64,000 bases of DNA from Octopus vulgaris (lineage: Eukaryota): contig OX597814.1 of assembly GCA_951406725.2 (NCBI GenBank), positions 12,958,001 to 13,022,000 of the forward strand, read 5' to 3'. Shown in pieces: positions 13,160 through 27,952 of this stretch. A program made the translations under genes and the position numbers. The first letter of the stretch is position 1, and each line of letters begins with the position of its first letter. The notes beneath the pieces are model-generated. The model was not told the origin of the DNA. It ran no database searches and worked only from the letters and a program-made list of their open reading frames with translations.

Positions 13160-13398
13160 TAGAGAGAGTGAGATAGAAAGAAAGAAAGAAAGAAAGAAAG
13201 AGAGATAAAGAGAGCTAGAGATAGAGAGAAGTAGAGATAGATAGATATATATAGAGAGAGAGAAAGAGAGAGAGAAAGAGACATAGAGAGAGAAAGAGAG
13301 AGCTAGATGATGGTCTACATCCTAGATATTAAGTTTAGGAAATTCTGCAACACATTTCAGCATGACATGAGGAAATATTTTCAGGATTTATTAATAGA

Positions 13399-13475
<77 letters not shown>
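13160..13475. repeat. AG-rich, (TA)n and (TG)n microsatellites
   Basis: Direct read. Confidence 0.9.
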
Positions 13476-13479
<4 letters not shown>

Positions 13480-14174
13480 TTCTATACCTTTAATAAAGGA
13501 TAACCAATCCAGGCGAAGATCTCAGCCGAAAAAAATACACCAGGCTAACAAAAGTGGATTGTGACCCGCATAGGTTTCTGACTAATCAGAAATAAAAGCT
13601 ATTTGCCAGTCAAATGTATCAATCTATGAATCTATTACCCAATTAGGATGACATTTTTTACAGTGATACAAAATATAGACAAAAACAATGGGTTATATAC
13701 ACTTACATGCATATATTTTCCCCAAAATATAGCAGTAACCACCAACAGTCAGCCACTGACCATAAGGAGGTTCTCGTGTATCAAATTTCTTGAATGGATG
13801 TCAAAACCATTTACGCGTCGTAAGAGTTGACAATGGATAAACTATTGATGGCTAGGGAGGATCTAGTTCAATATAAAAAATATCCTTCTTTTTTTCTTTT
13901 GTACATACTTTCAGTCGATCTATCGATCGGTTGATAAAATTCAACCATGAACACAACCAAAAGCTATCTGAAATACCTGTAAGAATAATAATAATATAAG
14001 GATGTAACCCATTATTTCTGCTTATTTTATACGTATGTATGTCATTATTTAGTTTCATTTGAAGATTTCTTGCCAATAGAGAAAGAGCCGGCTTCTAACC
14101 TACATCCAATCCCTAACCCTTACCCTAACCCTAACCCTTGGAATTTCAAAATCAACAACAGGGTATTTTTGTAT

Positions 14175-14176
14175 GC

Positions 14177-14209
<33 letters not shown>

Positions 14210-14330
14210 TGAATGTATGTATGTATGTATGTATGTATGTATGTATGTATGTATGTATGTATGTATGCATGTATGTATGTATGTATTATGTATGTATGTA
14301 TGTATGTATGTATGAATGTATGTATGCATA
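14175..14330. repeat. (TATG)n microsatellite
   Basis: Direct read. Confidence 0.97.
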
Positions 14331-14409
14331 TGTTCAGATTTGTATGTTTTGTTTTATGTATCTATTCTCATGCATACAGTTGCAAATCTAGACATGCTCA
14401 TATATATAT

Positions 14410-15860
14410 TTAAATGATAAAGTTCTGGAAAGTTTTACAGATTTTTACAGTTCCAGTGATGGATTGAAACTGTGGCCTTCTAATTAGCTTTCTCCTTTCT
14501 GGTTTTGAGAAGCCTGATTTCTCAAGATTGGTATTTAGGCAGTGTGTTACGTATCCCAGGGCTTCAATAATTACAGATATAAACCTGAACTTGTAATCTG
14601 TATAGAGTAACTCAAGATTTCGTAATAGTTCAGCGTAGGTATTCGCTTTTTTGGTGAACTTCAATTTTATATCGTCATCCGCTGGGCAGCTAATTTCCAC
14701 AACTGTACACAATTTCTCTTCCCTATCCCAATTCATCACATCAGCTCTGTTGTGCTTACATTCCAACAGTTTTCCCTTTTATTATGAGTGGCTACGGCTT
14801 CTACAAAACTGTGGCTCCTTATTTCTTTGTTCTCTGGGTTAACTACAACGTCATGTCTCATCGGCAGATAATACCATGATGACATTTTCGGACAACGTCT
14901 TATGATGTGGATGAATTCTTCAGTGTTAACTCCGCAAATCTGCATCGATTGTAAAATTTTACAGGTTTTCTTGCATCTCTAACCCGTTTGTACACCAGTT
15001 ATTTGAGTGATATTTCCTGTTCCTGGATTGCAAATGCATATCCTTCAAAGTGGGAGGTAGTAATCCCGTTGTTGTTCCATGATAAACTACTTTGATGATC
15101 AACGTTATTATCATCTCGGAGCTTTCTACTAACATATCCATGTATGCTCATATATTTTACTCACATATGCTAATATATGCTAATCCTGCTCATATATGCT
15201 AATCCTTTCATCTCATGGTACGTTGCGGTAGAGTCGTGCGACTTTTTGAGGCTTGTATTTAAGGTTATCAGACAAGAAATGTTGCTCAAGGAGCTGTCTT
15301 CCGAGTCTTATGATATTATCAGCTTTATGTATGATATTATCAGCTTCGACATTTGGTGATTAAAACATACTGCCGAAGGGATATGATACGGCATTCAAAT
15401 GCATTTTGGATCGATGTTAAACCTCTACCGCTTTGATTTCGTTTTAGATAGGGGGTTAGGTCACTGTTTATGTGAAACTTTTATATGTTGTTAGTATTTT
15501 CCGGGTTTTCACATCTAAGGCTCGTATTTCATCAAGATTCCAATCAAGCAAACTAAATATTGGCATGAGTACTGGCCCTGCAAACACATTCTGACCACAG
15601 TTTTATTGAAGGCAAAGAGTTCTGAGGCCTAAATGTTCTTTATTCTTTATTGATAGGTGTTTTGTTACAGGTGCCATTATAAGATATGCTTTCATTCACC
15701 TAGATACCTGCAACATTCCTTATCAGATAGAGGGAAAACAGTCAAGTCATTGATGGAGATGTTACTAGTCTGGTTTACAGTTTCCCCCCTTTTCATAACC
15801 ATATAACATTTATACTGACCAAACTCCAACCCTACATCCTTTGAGAACGTAACTAGGTCA
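14410..15860 (-). mobile_element. R4/Dong-type non-LTR retrotransposon, decayed 3' half
   Basis: GLEFG, YLG, LYLKRNQSGRGL, CCHC finger remnant, RHD and REL endonuclease HNRADV..CTVVEISCPAD..K. Confidence 0.88.
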
Positions 15861-16964
15861 AGGCTCCTTTTCTACTCGTGCATTTCGTTTGCATGACGTT
15901 TCAAGTCTTCCACAAAGAAACAGTGGACCTTTGGTATTCCCGTTTCCTTGTGAACTAGTGAGATATCCTTCAGAATTCCTTAACCTGAAAGACAAAGGGT
16001 TTACAGAAAGTAATAAGCAGCATCACAGACACGGACAGGTTGACTTTGGAATATACCTTTGCGATACTGTATTCTATGTCTATCTGTTTGTCTGTCTGCC
16101 AGTCTGTATGTATGCATGCAAGTTTGTATGTCTGTATGCATGCATACATGCATACATACGACTCACTTATGCTTCCACTTCGAGGCGTCTATCTACAATG
16201 TCGTATCTGCAAATCTCAGTGGCGAAAGCTTTTCCGTGGAAAGATTTACATTCTGATTTCGGAACGTCATAAATATTTTGAAGTCGTTATAAGTATTTTA
16301 TAGTCGTTATTATGACACAAACTCTGTACTACTCCATTTGACACAACAAAGAAACGTATTACTGCCGAGTCCCCTCCACTCCCCAAAAATATATGATCAC
16401 GAAAACATCTCTGACATTTAATGAATAACGACACCAAACTATGTGGAAAAGATATATAAATTACAAATAAATATACTATTGCGTATTTTTATATTTCTTT
16501 TCCCTCAAAAAACAACAATATCTGTAAGGAAAAGTAGTTGGGCATCAACATTAACGATAACAAGAATAAAAATGTCGACATGAACAGAAAAAACAAATGT
16601 GATATTTTTTTTAATCATGGTAGCAACAACATCGGCGTTCGAACCATTGCATCTGTAACAAGATAAAAAAAAAATGAAAGAATAGGTCTAGGAAAGATAT
16701 ATTTTTTATTTCATATTTTTCTACCAACCAATTACAGTAAAAACAACTAATACTTGTTTAACAATAACGACAACGGCAGCAACCACAACGACACAAATAA
16801 CAGCCGCATCAACATCAACAATATCAGCAGCAGCAGCAGTGAAGACCAGAAGAAGATACATTGCAATTTGGCCTACAATTCTATGAACTGATTATAAAAT
16901 CTTATCCTCACTTCCCTACCATTTTTCAAGATCTGAGAGACCCCCATTTCCATCGCAGCTCATT

Positions 16965-16965
<1 letters not shown>

Positions 16966-17019
<54 letters not shown>
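16966..17019. repeat. (ACT)n microsatellite
   Basis: Direct read. Confidence 0.97.
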
Positions 17020-17021
<2 letters not shown>

Positions 17022-18093
17022 CGTACCGTTTCGCTTCTATTTTTCTTTTTCGTAATCGCTTTCTTTGTTAATTCTCTTCTTTAATACATTTCCTCTTCCC
17101 AATGTGTCTCCTTACAAATGAGTGCAGAAAATCTACTTAAGAAGGTGTTTCCAATATTTTGTTCAAACGCTTCTTTTTTTTTATTCTTTTAAAGCTTTCA
17201 ATCGTAGGACTGCGGCCATGCTGGAGCACCACCTGAACTTCTTTTCTATCATTTTCTTTTCTTATTTTAAGACAGTAAGTCCATGCATGATGCGTTTGTA
17301 GCAGCTGGCTTTCCCTAAGTGTTTATCTGATTCGGTATCTTCGTTTGGAGTTTAGCTGTGTGGTTATAAAGTATCTCTTTGTTAACTACGGAATCTTGCA
17401 TACCATTATCTAATATGTGTTGCGTGTTAACTCGTGGAAATAATACAAGAAACAAACTTAAAAATAACAACATGACTTTATTCCACCACTAAATTATACA
17501 GTGGACCAAATAAACACATAACGGATTTTGGTGGTTGTACAGGTCATCCATCCTTTGGATAATTCAGCTCTGAACGTCGTTTGTTACAAGTGCTTTGTTA
17601 TAAGATCAGGAAAATATAACACGTCCTCCTGGAATCTTCTCACCTCTCTGTCTATAGAAGACTTATCAACCCATTATATAAACAAACATGAGCTCCAGTG
17701 ATAGTTCATGTTAGATATTTTCGAATATATTACACAGCGCATGATTGGATCCGAGCCCCATATCCCACACAATACTCACATGATAGGTCATTAACGATTA
17801 ACGTGTGGAGCCTCTAAAAGGCTAGTCGACTACAATATGACATAATAGATATTGATCTTACCACAGGTATGTCTCCAATGATTTTTCTTAATGTTTCAGT
17901 GGAAGTTTTATTTTTATACTTCTGTTGTTTCTTAGGTAAGCAGTTGAAAATTCGATGACGGCTAGATATCAAACATGTACAATAGAATGTTTCTGTTCGT
18001 GATTTCGTAAGTGCTATGTTCGGAAATGGTAACAAATGGTTATTTTAAATCAGTTAGTACACTACCACATATTTTATCTTCAACATGTTTGTA

Positions 18094-18325
<232 letters not shown>

Positions 18326-18741
18326 ATATATATACATATATGTATGTATATATATACATGTATGTATGTATACATGTATGTATACACACATATACATACG
18401 TGGGCATAAACTCACACTTACACGCACGCTCATACACACACAAACACACACACAGGCATGAACACATATGATCTAGGAATCTACGTACTGAGAGTAAAAA
18501 GAAGTCAGGTAAAATATAATTGAATCATGATAGGACCAAAAGCAACAACTTATGAAGTATAGACTTAGAGAACAATACAAAATTTTACGTCTTTTTTATT
18601 TGTTGATCCGATTTTACGTGTAAAATGAAAACATGACAAAATGTATTTTCTAATTTTAAGTTATATGTCTAAAATAAACAATATATATTTTTGTTGTTGT
18701 GTTCCGCTTATTTTTCTATATATCTATCTATCCGTCTCTCA

Positions 18742-18776
<35 letters not shown>

Positions 18777-19281
18777 CTTCCCCCTCTCTCTGCTATTATA
18801 ATCAATCATACTACAATATCGCTACTGAATACTATTTCAGAAATCATTTAATAAATATTTATCACTATATTATCATTAAAAGTTCACAAAAGATGCTTAC
18901 TTTTCTTTGAAATAAAGCAGAGGAAAAGATGTAAGAAAATACATGTGGTATTTGCTGAGATTTGCATTGAAAATCTCTCTCGAATAACAAAGAACTTGAA
19001 ATCATAAAAATTTCCAATGGGTACCATTTTAGAAGTTACTCAAAGTTCATTGTACAGCCCATTTTCATCTATTGTTAAACATATTGTAATCAAAGCCATC
19101 GCATACATTATTTCCACTGACTTATTCACAAGAAATGTATCTGGCCTTTTTGCAATGTACAAATAGTGTTTCTTAGTTAATTTTTAGATGATAGGGCGTG
19201 GTTTAAATAGGTAGCCCCTAGCAGGTTTGTAGTTGACTCGTTTTAAGACTTGTTATGAAATGTGATCCTTTGTGTTACTAG

Positions 19282-19430
19282 TACGAGAAGTTGGTGAATA
19301 GTTTCTGGCTTTGGGTAAAAGAAAATAGAGGTAGATCAGTTAATTATGATTTAATTTAATATATTCACCTCTCAGATTCAAACACATTATTGCAGCGGGC
19401 CTTCGGGTTTTCTAAGACCAGTAATGGAAC
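19282..19430 (-). mobile_element. Partial mariner MITE, same family as 3580-3793
   Basis: Shares AGTTAATTATGATTT..ATATTC..TTATTGCAGCGG..TTTTCTAAG. Confidence 0.65.
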
Positions 19431-19439
19431 TCCAACCTC

Positions 19440-19457
19440 ATGATGATAATGATAATA

Positions 19458-19510
<53 letters not shown>
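19440..19510. repeat. (GAT)n microsatellite
   Basis: Direct read. Confidence 0.95.
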
Positions 19511-20745
19511 AGTCATACTAGGGATGATTCTGGTGAGAGAATTTTATCTCATACGCAGCCGAATTAAAAAATTAGCATCCAAATTATTAGAATTAGCAAT
19601 AAAATTATATATGCCATTTAATTGTGTTCATGCTGCAAGCAGTAGTTTTGTTGAACTGTTATTTGTACGGAGGCATTCGTCTTCCAAATAGTTATGCTTT
19701 AAAGTGCCTGAAACTGCAAATTCGTTGATTCTATTCGATAGTGATAATATATATTGGAGTGTAGATCTATTCTGTTATAAACGTAAAATAGCTTCGAAAC
19801 AAAAACCATTTTCATACGCACTACTTTGATGGATTACTTTCAAACAGAATTGCGTTCCTCATACTTCATATCTAGAGGAAGGTATGTCTTCCATGTTAAG
19901 CTATTACAAATACATTGAACGTTGTTTTCACTGCTCTAAATGTTTCTTATGCACATCAAATACTCCCTTTGTTTAAGATTCGCTGTAAACTTTGTAATAC
20001 ATTACAATTAATCTCAGTAAATATGATACATGAGAAATATTATGCTTAATTTGTCACAGGATATGTGTGACATTGTGAATTAAAGATCTTAACTGAATGT
20101 GAGATTAAAGGAGTTGATGTTAAATATGTATATCTGTAAAGTAAAGTATGAAAATATATAATTATATAATTATATATATACATCTATATATATTTAATTA
20201 TAGAAAGCTGAATGTCCGCGGATATATGGTTAAGCAAAGTACCTTGTTTTAGAAAGTAATTCACATAATGTTTAAGAGAAATATGAGATTCAATAATATA
20301 AAATGCGCTTGGGTTGCGAAGGTATGTCGATTGCGATTACAGAAAAGATTAATCACACATCGAAATAGAAGATGCAGAAAGAGCATGCACAGTATTTAGG
20401 GTACTGGCGACTGTATCCAAGTTTTTGTAAATATTTTAAACTTTGACTGTGTCACAAGTGTTATATTACAAAAAGAAACGATAGAATGTCTAATCCACTG
20501 TTGATAGTTTTGGAGGATCTGAAGCTTATCAGAGTGGAAGTATTTTTGGACACAGTTCAGAAAGCCTAGATTTTGTAATCTATTCTATAATGGAGAAAGC
20601 TGCTTATTTATTAGGCATGTAACACGTACTGAAAATACTAAAAGAAAAGTTGGGTAATTACCTTTAGAAGACGAGGAAAAAAAGCAAAAGGTTACCGACA
20701 AGTCCTCGACACTTGCACCTTATTCACAGTTTCCAAACAAATTCA

Positions 20746-20780
<35 letters not shown>

Positions 20781-21532
20781 GCGTGTAAAAAAAGAGTTTT
20801 CAAAACTTGTTTCCATACAAAGTTGCTCCTCCAACCCCATCATTTCGAAGGACGTGGTTTAAAAAGAAAATGGAGAAAATCCCCGAAACATTTTACCCAC
20901 AAATTTCTTTATAATCGTATTCTATGCCGTTTGATTAAAAGATACCCATCTTGCTGAAAGTTACGAGGAGAAAAATCAGATCGTGTGAATTTTCTGAAAC
21001 TCCTCTCTCCACCCCATCGCAAAACTTCATTACCATAAATCCCCAAATACTCTGAAGCCACAATATTCTAAGCGGTTTTGTAGGAAATTTTATTAAAATG
21101 TGTTCATTTTTCTAGATGTTATGCGGCAACAAAGTCGGATGTGCATACATCTGTATTGAAGCCTTTTTATTTATACGATGTATTCATTCATTGTTTGCAA
21201 TGATGTTTCTTTCTTTCTCTCACACCCACTGCAAACCTTACAGATGGGCTGCTGAACTGAAATCTCTATGTTGCTTTGAGGGGAAGGTAAAACTTGACAA
21301 ACTGCTTCTCCCTCTGTTGATGGACTACTGAGACGTTTGTTTTAAAAAGTGAGATTATGACTGATAAAATAAGGAAAGTAAAATTTACTAAGCAAGTGAG
21401 CACTATTATCAAATAGTTAATTAGAGGTAAAATATAAAAATTATTAGAAATGGGAATCAAATGAAAACATATTATGAAGGGGCTAGTAGAAAACCGGCCA
21501 TAGGTCGCTTTTTCTGCTAGTAAGATTAAAGC

Positions 21533-21577
<45 letters not shown>

Positions 21578-21899
21578 TATATATAATGACTATTTCTCAC
21601 CATCCCATGCTGATACTAAGCTTCTTTTATGCAGATTTCCCACGTCTTTAATTTGTGCTTCTCAATTTATGCTTAGCTTCTAGTTTACACAAGATAAGGT
21701 AGACAAATTAATGTACGTATCACGCACAATAAGTACAAATCCGTGGAAGGTTTAGAATGATTTACTTGCTGTTATAACTAATATGCAGAATTCTTGATCC
21801 TTGAGATCATTTGGTGTCGGCACCATTTGGTGTTAAGCCACTAATCTACCATCTCTGTGAGCAGAGACAATTTCCACAAATCCCGAATTTTTGGTACCG

Positions 21900-22460
21900 A
21901 CATCATGACTGATGATCATTGCTCTGTGAACTGTAAAAGCTGTAAGACGTAACACGGACATCATGAAAACAAAGTCCGCCCAGAGTGTGACGGTGTCTGG
22001 ATCTCCATTGTAGGTGACGTCATACTGCACCACGTCTTTAAACAGACAGGGTGTTGGGTTCAATTTAGACGTCTATGTGAAGCCGTTTGTGATCGTGGTT
22101 AACCTCTGGCTGGATTCGGTTGTTGCTGGAAGATCATATGTGTGGCAGCAGGATTCGGCTGTTCACCATAGCTCTGGAAAGAGTCAGAAGTGGTTGTCGG
22201 GGATTTTAAAAACATCAGCCATCAGCAGTTCCAATTTTTGGCCTCCTCATTTCCCTGATTACAATCCCATAGACTATTATATGTGAGGTGCAGTTGAGAA
22301 GGTTATCATCCGCTCTGCCTGCGACAATAAGACCGAACTGATGACCAAGACCAAGGAGGTTTATGTAGATCTTCAGGGGCAAAGAGTGTGGAACGAATGC
22401 ATTCTTGGGGCTGTGGTAGAAGCTGATGGCAAACTCTTTGAATAAACAATTATTTTTCAG
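21900..22460 (+). mobile_element. Decayed Tc1/mariner-superfamily (maT-like) transposase fragment
   Basis: YVWQQDSAVHH and FWPPHFPDYNPIDYY; related to 57887-58766. Confidence 0.82.
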
Positions 22461-23004
22461 CTACAATCCACGTGATATTTTTGGATTTCTTAAAATACTT
22501 AATTCTTCACTGGCATATTGTGTTCTTCGCTTTTATGTAAACAAAGTGTCAGATTTAACTTGAACTTAACTTACCGTGTGTGTGTGTGTTTCTCTATATG
22601 TGCATGTGTGTGTACAAATATGTGTGTTCATGTATGTGTCTGTGCGTTTGCGTACGTATGCGTATGCGTGTTTGTGTGTACACACAGATTGCTGCTTAAA
22701 CATCTAATGCCCAGAGTTAAACGATATATTAATCTCAAGAACTTTCATTAAGCTATGCAATATATCTTTCTGGTTCATCGGCTAATGTTGTAAGACACTG
22801 TTTGTTAGATTTCCTTGAAAGTTGAAACAAGAATATACACTATATTTACTCTGCGATAAAATAATACTTCATCCTTAGGAATGTTTTCTATTCAGCGTAA
22901 ACAACCTAGCATTTGGCAAATAAAAAAAAATACACCAAGAAAAATGTCCTAGTTTAGAAATAATTGATTTTAAGAATGTTCATGTTTGCGAAATCCCCCA
23001 TACA

Positions 23005-23155
23005 AACATACATACATACGTACGTACGTTATGTACCTATGTATGTATGTATGTATGTATGTATGTATGTATGTATGTATGTATGTATGTATGTATGTAT
23101 GTATGTGTGTATGTATGTATGTATGTATGTATGCGTGTGTATGTATGTATGTATG

Positions 23156-23192
<37 letters not shown>
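23005..23192. repeat. (TATG)n/(TA)n microsatellite
   Basis: Direct read. Confidence 0.95.
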
Positions 23193-23197
<5 letters not shown>

Positions 23198-24271
23198 AAA
23201 TGTTGCGTTTCTAAAGTAAGAATTATAACCTAGAAGGATTGTATGTGAATTGTATGAATATGCGCTTTGTACAAAAGCCTTTTCCTACAGATCGTTTTGA
23301 CGAAATAAAAATATGTTTTTCAATTGTTAAGACCCTAACACTCTTTCATTAGATTTGTTCATTTAGAATGTCATATCGGTTCTTATTAGTAATGATCTAG
23401 CTGAAGTATTAGATTTTCAGGGTCTCCTCATATTTTCGTTTGCAATTAGGGGACATTTGATTCAGAATACACAGAATCGAAATAAATGCAACACGATATC
23501 TCTGTTTGATGCATTAATTTCTTACAAACCCATAAACTTGGATAATTCTCTTTTAACGGCTCTCATTGTATGAAAAGCAACGTCGGTCTATGCGCAGAGA
23601 GTAGGGATAAATACCGCAGGGTTTTCTCTATCTGCGGTGGTAATGGCAATTCGAAATATGGCACCCAAAATTATCTAAATTATTTTAATCAAAGTGTACA
23701 CACACACACACATACAAACACACACACACGCACACACACACACTCACTCACACACATGCATACATATCTACGGTTCACACGTCACTCGTAATCAGTTTTC
23801 CCATTTCTTTGCCTTTTTTTTGCACCGGACGCTCAGCTAGCATATCGATAACTACCACTCCTCTTGCTGTTCGTCTTTCTATATCCATTCAGGATTTCTT
23901 CCAGGTGTTATCCATCACCTCCGCTTTTATGGCCGAAAGGCCGTATTTTCCCCGTCCAACTATTTATTGTTTGTCAATCGTTTTAAATTACATTTGTTTA
24001 CTTTTCTACGTTCACTCTGTATCGGTGTGTTCCTTGAAGCCCCAATTCTTCGCAAATTTTTCGGGTACCGCCGATATGCGAAGCTCTCAGTATTATCATT
24101 AAAGGTATGAAATTGAGTATTAACTTTCGGTTGATAACTGATCAAGAATTAGGGCCATCTACGTGTCTGTCCTAAGTATAGGTTTTTTTAGTAGTATCGT
24201 TGTTTTTTAATGCATTTTTCATTTATTGAGTAACTGAATATAGGTTGCCCGTTATTTGTTAACAGTATATA

Positions 24272-24316
<45 letters not shown>

Positions 24317-25945
24317 ACATTTTTGCCTTTGACACATAAACCGGTAGATACATAACTATATACATACATATACGCCCACGCTCACATACACACATCAACA
24401 CACTCACATGCACACATAAACACATATATGACGTCTACATGTTGCAAATGAAATGCTTTTCAGCTGGGCTACACTAGGAGCTTACGAATATTTTCAATTT
24501 CATACTGTGTCTCTAGCATCATTACGACTGGCGTGTGCCTGTACTTATCTTCTAATATGGTGTAACATTTTATAAAATATAGCATATCATATGTTCTGTT
24601 GTGCAGCATGATATTAGTGTTCAGAAATGTCCACCAGTTTCCACAGTAATTGTTCTTATGGATAGAATAAGCTTATCTATTCGCTCTTGCTTCTTATTCT
24701 CAATTCATGATTTGTTTCAGTCCTTCTTTAAAACTTTTATGTGCGTGTAATAACGTTGAAAATAAATCTTCGTCATATTCCAGTTTTCTGCTCCATAGAG
24801 AAGAATTCCATTTGTGTTTGACCAGAGCAGAGACAGCCGGGTTGTCTCAAAATGAGTTGATTGTTGTTACAGACACTCCATACTAATCTTTACGCGTCAT
24901 GAATTAATTCTCCCTGTTAGCAACATATCACCTGTTTACTTGTTTGACATCTTTGGAATATAATGGCATAAGTATTTCAGCGTCATTTTCTGGAAATACT
25001 GAGTCTTTTACTTTGCATTGGGAAGTAGACCAACTTTGACTGAAGTATTCTGAACGAGTGGTTAAATTTTTTGTTCATAACGTTGTGCATGATTTTGGAC
25101 AGCCAAAATCAGAAGTATAGGATTTGTTGAGCTCTCGACCCCGTCTGTTTCTTGGTGGGTCTTTTTCTTGAACGGAATGGAAGTTAGAACCCAAGCATGT
25201 TGTTCACTATAGTAACCGAGCCACTAGATTGCCATGCTGTTGTTCCAAACTCTGTACATGACGTTGATGGCTTTCTCGATGCATTGTCTAAGCGGACTAT
25301 GTAACACTGTCCTTCAATTTAAACTATGAAATGCTTTAGAGAATTTCACAAATACGATTGATTCGTGAGCTCGGAGACTCTAAGCTAAAACTAGCTGCAC
25401 GTTTTTCTGTCAAATCACTTCAAATCATCTTACACTTTAGTGGCCATATTGGATAATATGTTTCTAAATAAATTGAATGAAATTAGCAATAATCTTTCAC
25501 CTAAGTGTCTCACTAATTGTCGAAAAAACATCGAAATACTATTTCATACAAATACGATTATGTATAGAATATTTGATAAACTTTGCAACTACATTTTTCC
25601 AGATCAAGTATAAAAGACGTGTATGAAAATACGAATAACCACTCAGAAATTATCTTATATAAAAGATACAAACTATATGTATTCATACAGACGCACACGC
25701 ATGTATATGTGCTCGTAAATATATATGTGCATGCGTATGCATATTCTTATGTATATGATATGTAAACATATTACACACACACCACACCACACTCACACAC
25801 GCACACACACACAACACACACACACGCACACACACACATATATATATATACATATATTATACTATCTTATATAGGTTTTTTTAACATTAACGATACTCAG
25901 AAACAGGCTAGAATCGAAGTGCTCAAATTGAGCTAAGTTCCAATT

Positions 25946-26925
25946 TATAATTTGAATGGAGGCAATACGAATGGAAAACTAGAGGAACATGACCTATTAT
26001 CTAATAGAATATTCAGTATAGAGGTGTACTTTCTTCGACATTAATAAATCAATATAAAGTTCGAAATAATATTAGTATTAATAACATACAAGCATATACA
26101 CATATAAATACTTAATATTTGAAAATACACAAATGTTTAAAAATACTCAAATATTTAAAAAGTTTCCTCGACGGGCCATTTGGGAGACGAGTTTTTTTTT
26201 TCGAGTTGGCTCGAATGCGATAATGTAAGTTGTCCTCTTCGGTGTTGTTTTCATTGTGGCTTTCGTGTTGTGAAGCATCCTAATGAGGATAGTGTCTGTT
26301 ACCTTAAATATGAAATTTTATGTCATATTATCTGACACGTCTCCGAAACTGCCCGTCGAGGAAACTTTTGGATCCATTGAACATTATCTTCTTATATTAG
26401 TATGTCCTTTTAATGTTTTATAATTTCAAACGTTCCACTGCACACCGTGTTGTAACTTGTAAATTATTATTCCTTTATATCTTAATGTGTGAATTAATAA
26501 TTCGCTATGTCTTATACCATATTGATGTTTTCTATTTTGCCTGCGTATTTATTTATATTTATAAATATCTTAAAATATTTTTAGATATCTACGAGGTTTT
26601 AAACATCTTATAGACTTGTGTGGTAACTTGTAAATTATTATTCCCATATATCATATCGTGTGAATGTATAATTCACCATATCTTATATCATATCGACGTT
26701 TTTTATATCTATTTATGTATCTGTTTATGTGTTTATATATTTTTAAAATGCCTACGTATTTTTAAATATTTGCGTATTTTTAAATATTAAATAGTTATAT
26801 GTGTATATGCTTGCATGTTTTTAATACTAATATTATTTCGAACGTTCCATTGATTTATTAATGTCGAAGAAAGTTCATCTATATACTGAATATTCTTCCG
26901 TTCGTATTACCTCCATTGAAATTAT
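25946..26925 (+). mobile_element. Fold-back non-coding element with hammerhead-like motif (putative PLE pseudo-LTR)
   Basis: 25946-26160 is inverted relative to ~26740-26925, and 26158-26195 relative to 26335-26370. Internal tandem duplication at ~26450 and ~26620. Confidence 0.7.
26276..26361 (+). ncRNA. Degenerate type I hammerhead ribozyme motif
   Basis: CTAATGA (G5>A) - GGATAGTGTC...GACACGTCTCC - GAAAC tgccc GTC. Confidence 0.55.
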
Positions 26926-26940
26926 ATATATATATATACA

Positions 26941-27031
<91 letters not shown>

Positions 27032-27674
27032 TTGCAGGCTCCTCACCTAGAGTGTAATAGCTGACTTTTTGCACATCTAAGATCAAAACATATAGAGGCC
27101 GGATGTTTTTACCTCGCTTACCGAAGTCAGGCAAGCCTGAAGCGCGGGTTAATATTTAATGGTAAAAATTAACACAATCAATAACTTTAGTTAGTATTAT
27201 TTACAATATATGGTTTTGTATGCGGGTATCAATCAAACAATGAACAGCGGTAAAACGCACGTAATGCTAGAAGATTATGTGAGTTTATCATTCGATAAGA
27301 ATGACCTAGGTCACCTAGTTCCGCAAAAAGATCACTGCTATCAGCCATATAAATAGTAATCATAGATGTCATTCACAACGTATAATGTGATGAATATGCT
27401 CTTAGATTCATTCCATAATGCCTTTTTCGTAGTGAAAAGAAATATATTGAAATATTGTTGCTATACAGGATCTCTTCATGAAGCAATGAAACATTACGGA
27501 ATGTCACCAATAGATCCATACGCGTAATCAGAAGGAACGATATGTACAGCAGATAACACACACCTGCACACACACACACACATACGCACGCACCCCCCCA
27601 ACACCCACCGACATTTTTATATAAAATTTACAAAAGAATAATGACAAGGCAAGTTGTCATTTCAATGACAATTG

Positions 27675-27952
27675 GGTAGAGGTTAAAAACCCTCTTCGGT
27701 CATGAATGATACAGGATTGCACCTAGAAAGTTTCCCTCCAAGGCAGAAAGTTGTTTATGGGTAACCAACAGTCACCCATACATACCAGCCTCCGCTCTCC
27801 ATACGATGTTATTCAAGCGCATCACCGAGGTCGTAAATTATTTCCACAGCTGACTGAACTGGTTGCTCAACACACAGCCTGGTCCAAGAATCGAACTCCC
27901 ACCCGGACAATCGTAAGCCCGACATCCTGACCACTGAGTAATGAGCCTTCAC
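27675..27952 (-). mobile_element. Degenerate tRNA-headed SINE (27840-27952) plus adjacent retroelement fragment
   Basis: Minus strand GTGAAGGCTCATTACTCAGTGGTCAGG...GAGTTCGATTCTTGG (A and B boxes). Confidence 0.6.

Noticed and set aside
13555-13630. Minus-strand GAAACC..GGTC with a TGACT/AGTCA stem as a hammerhead
   Set aside because: No CTGANGA-like core at the expected position.
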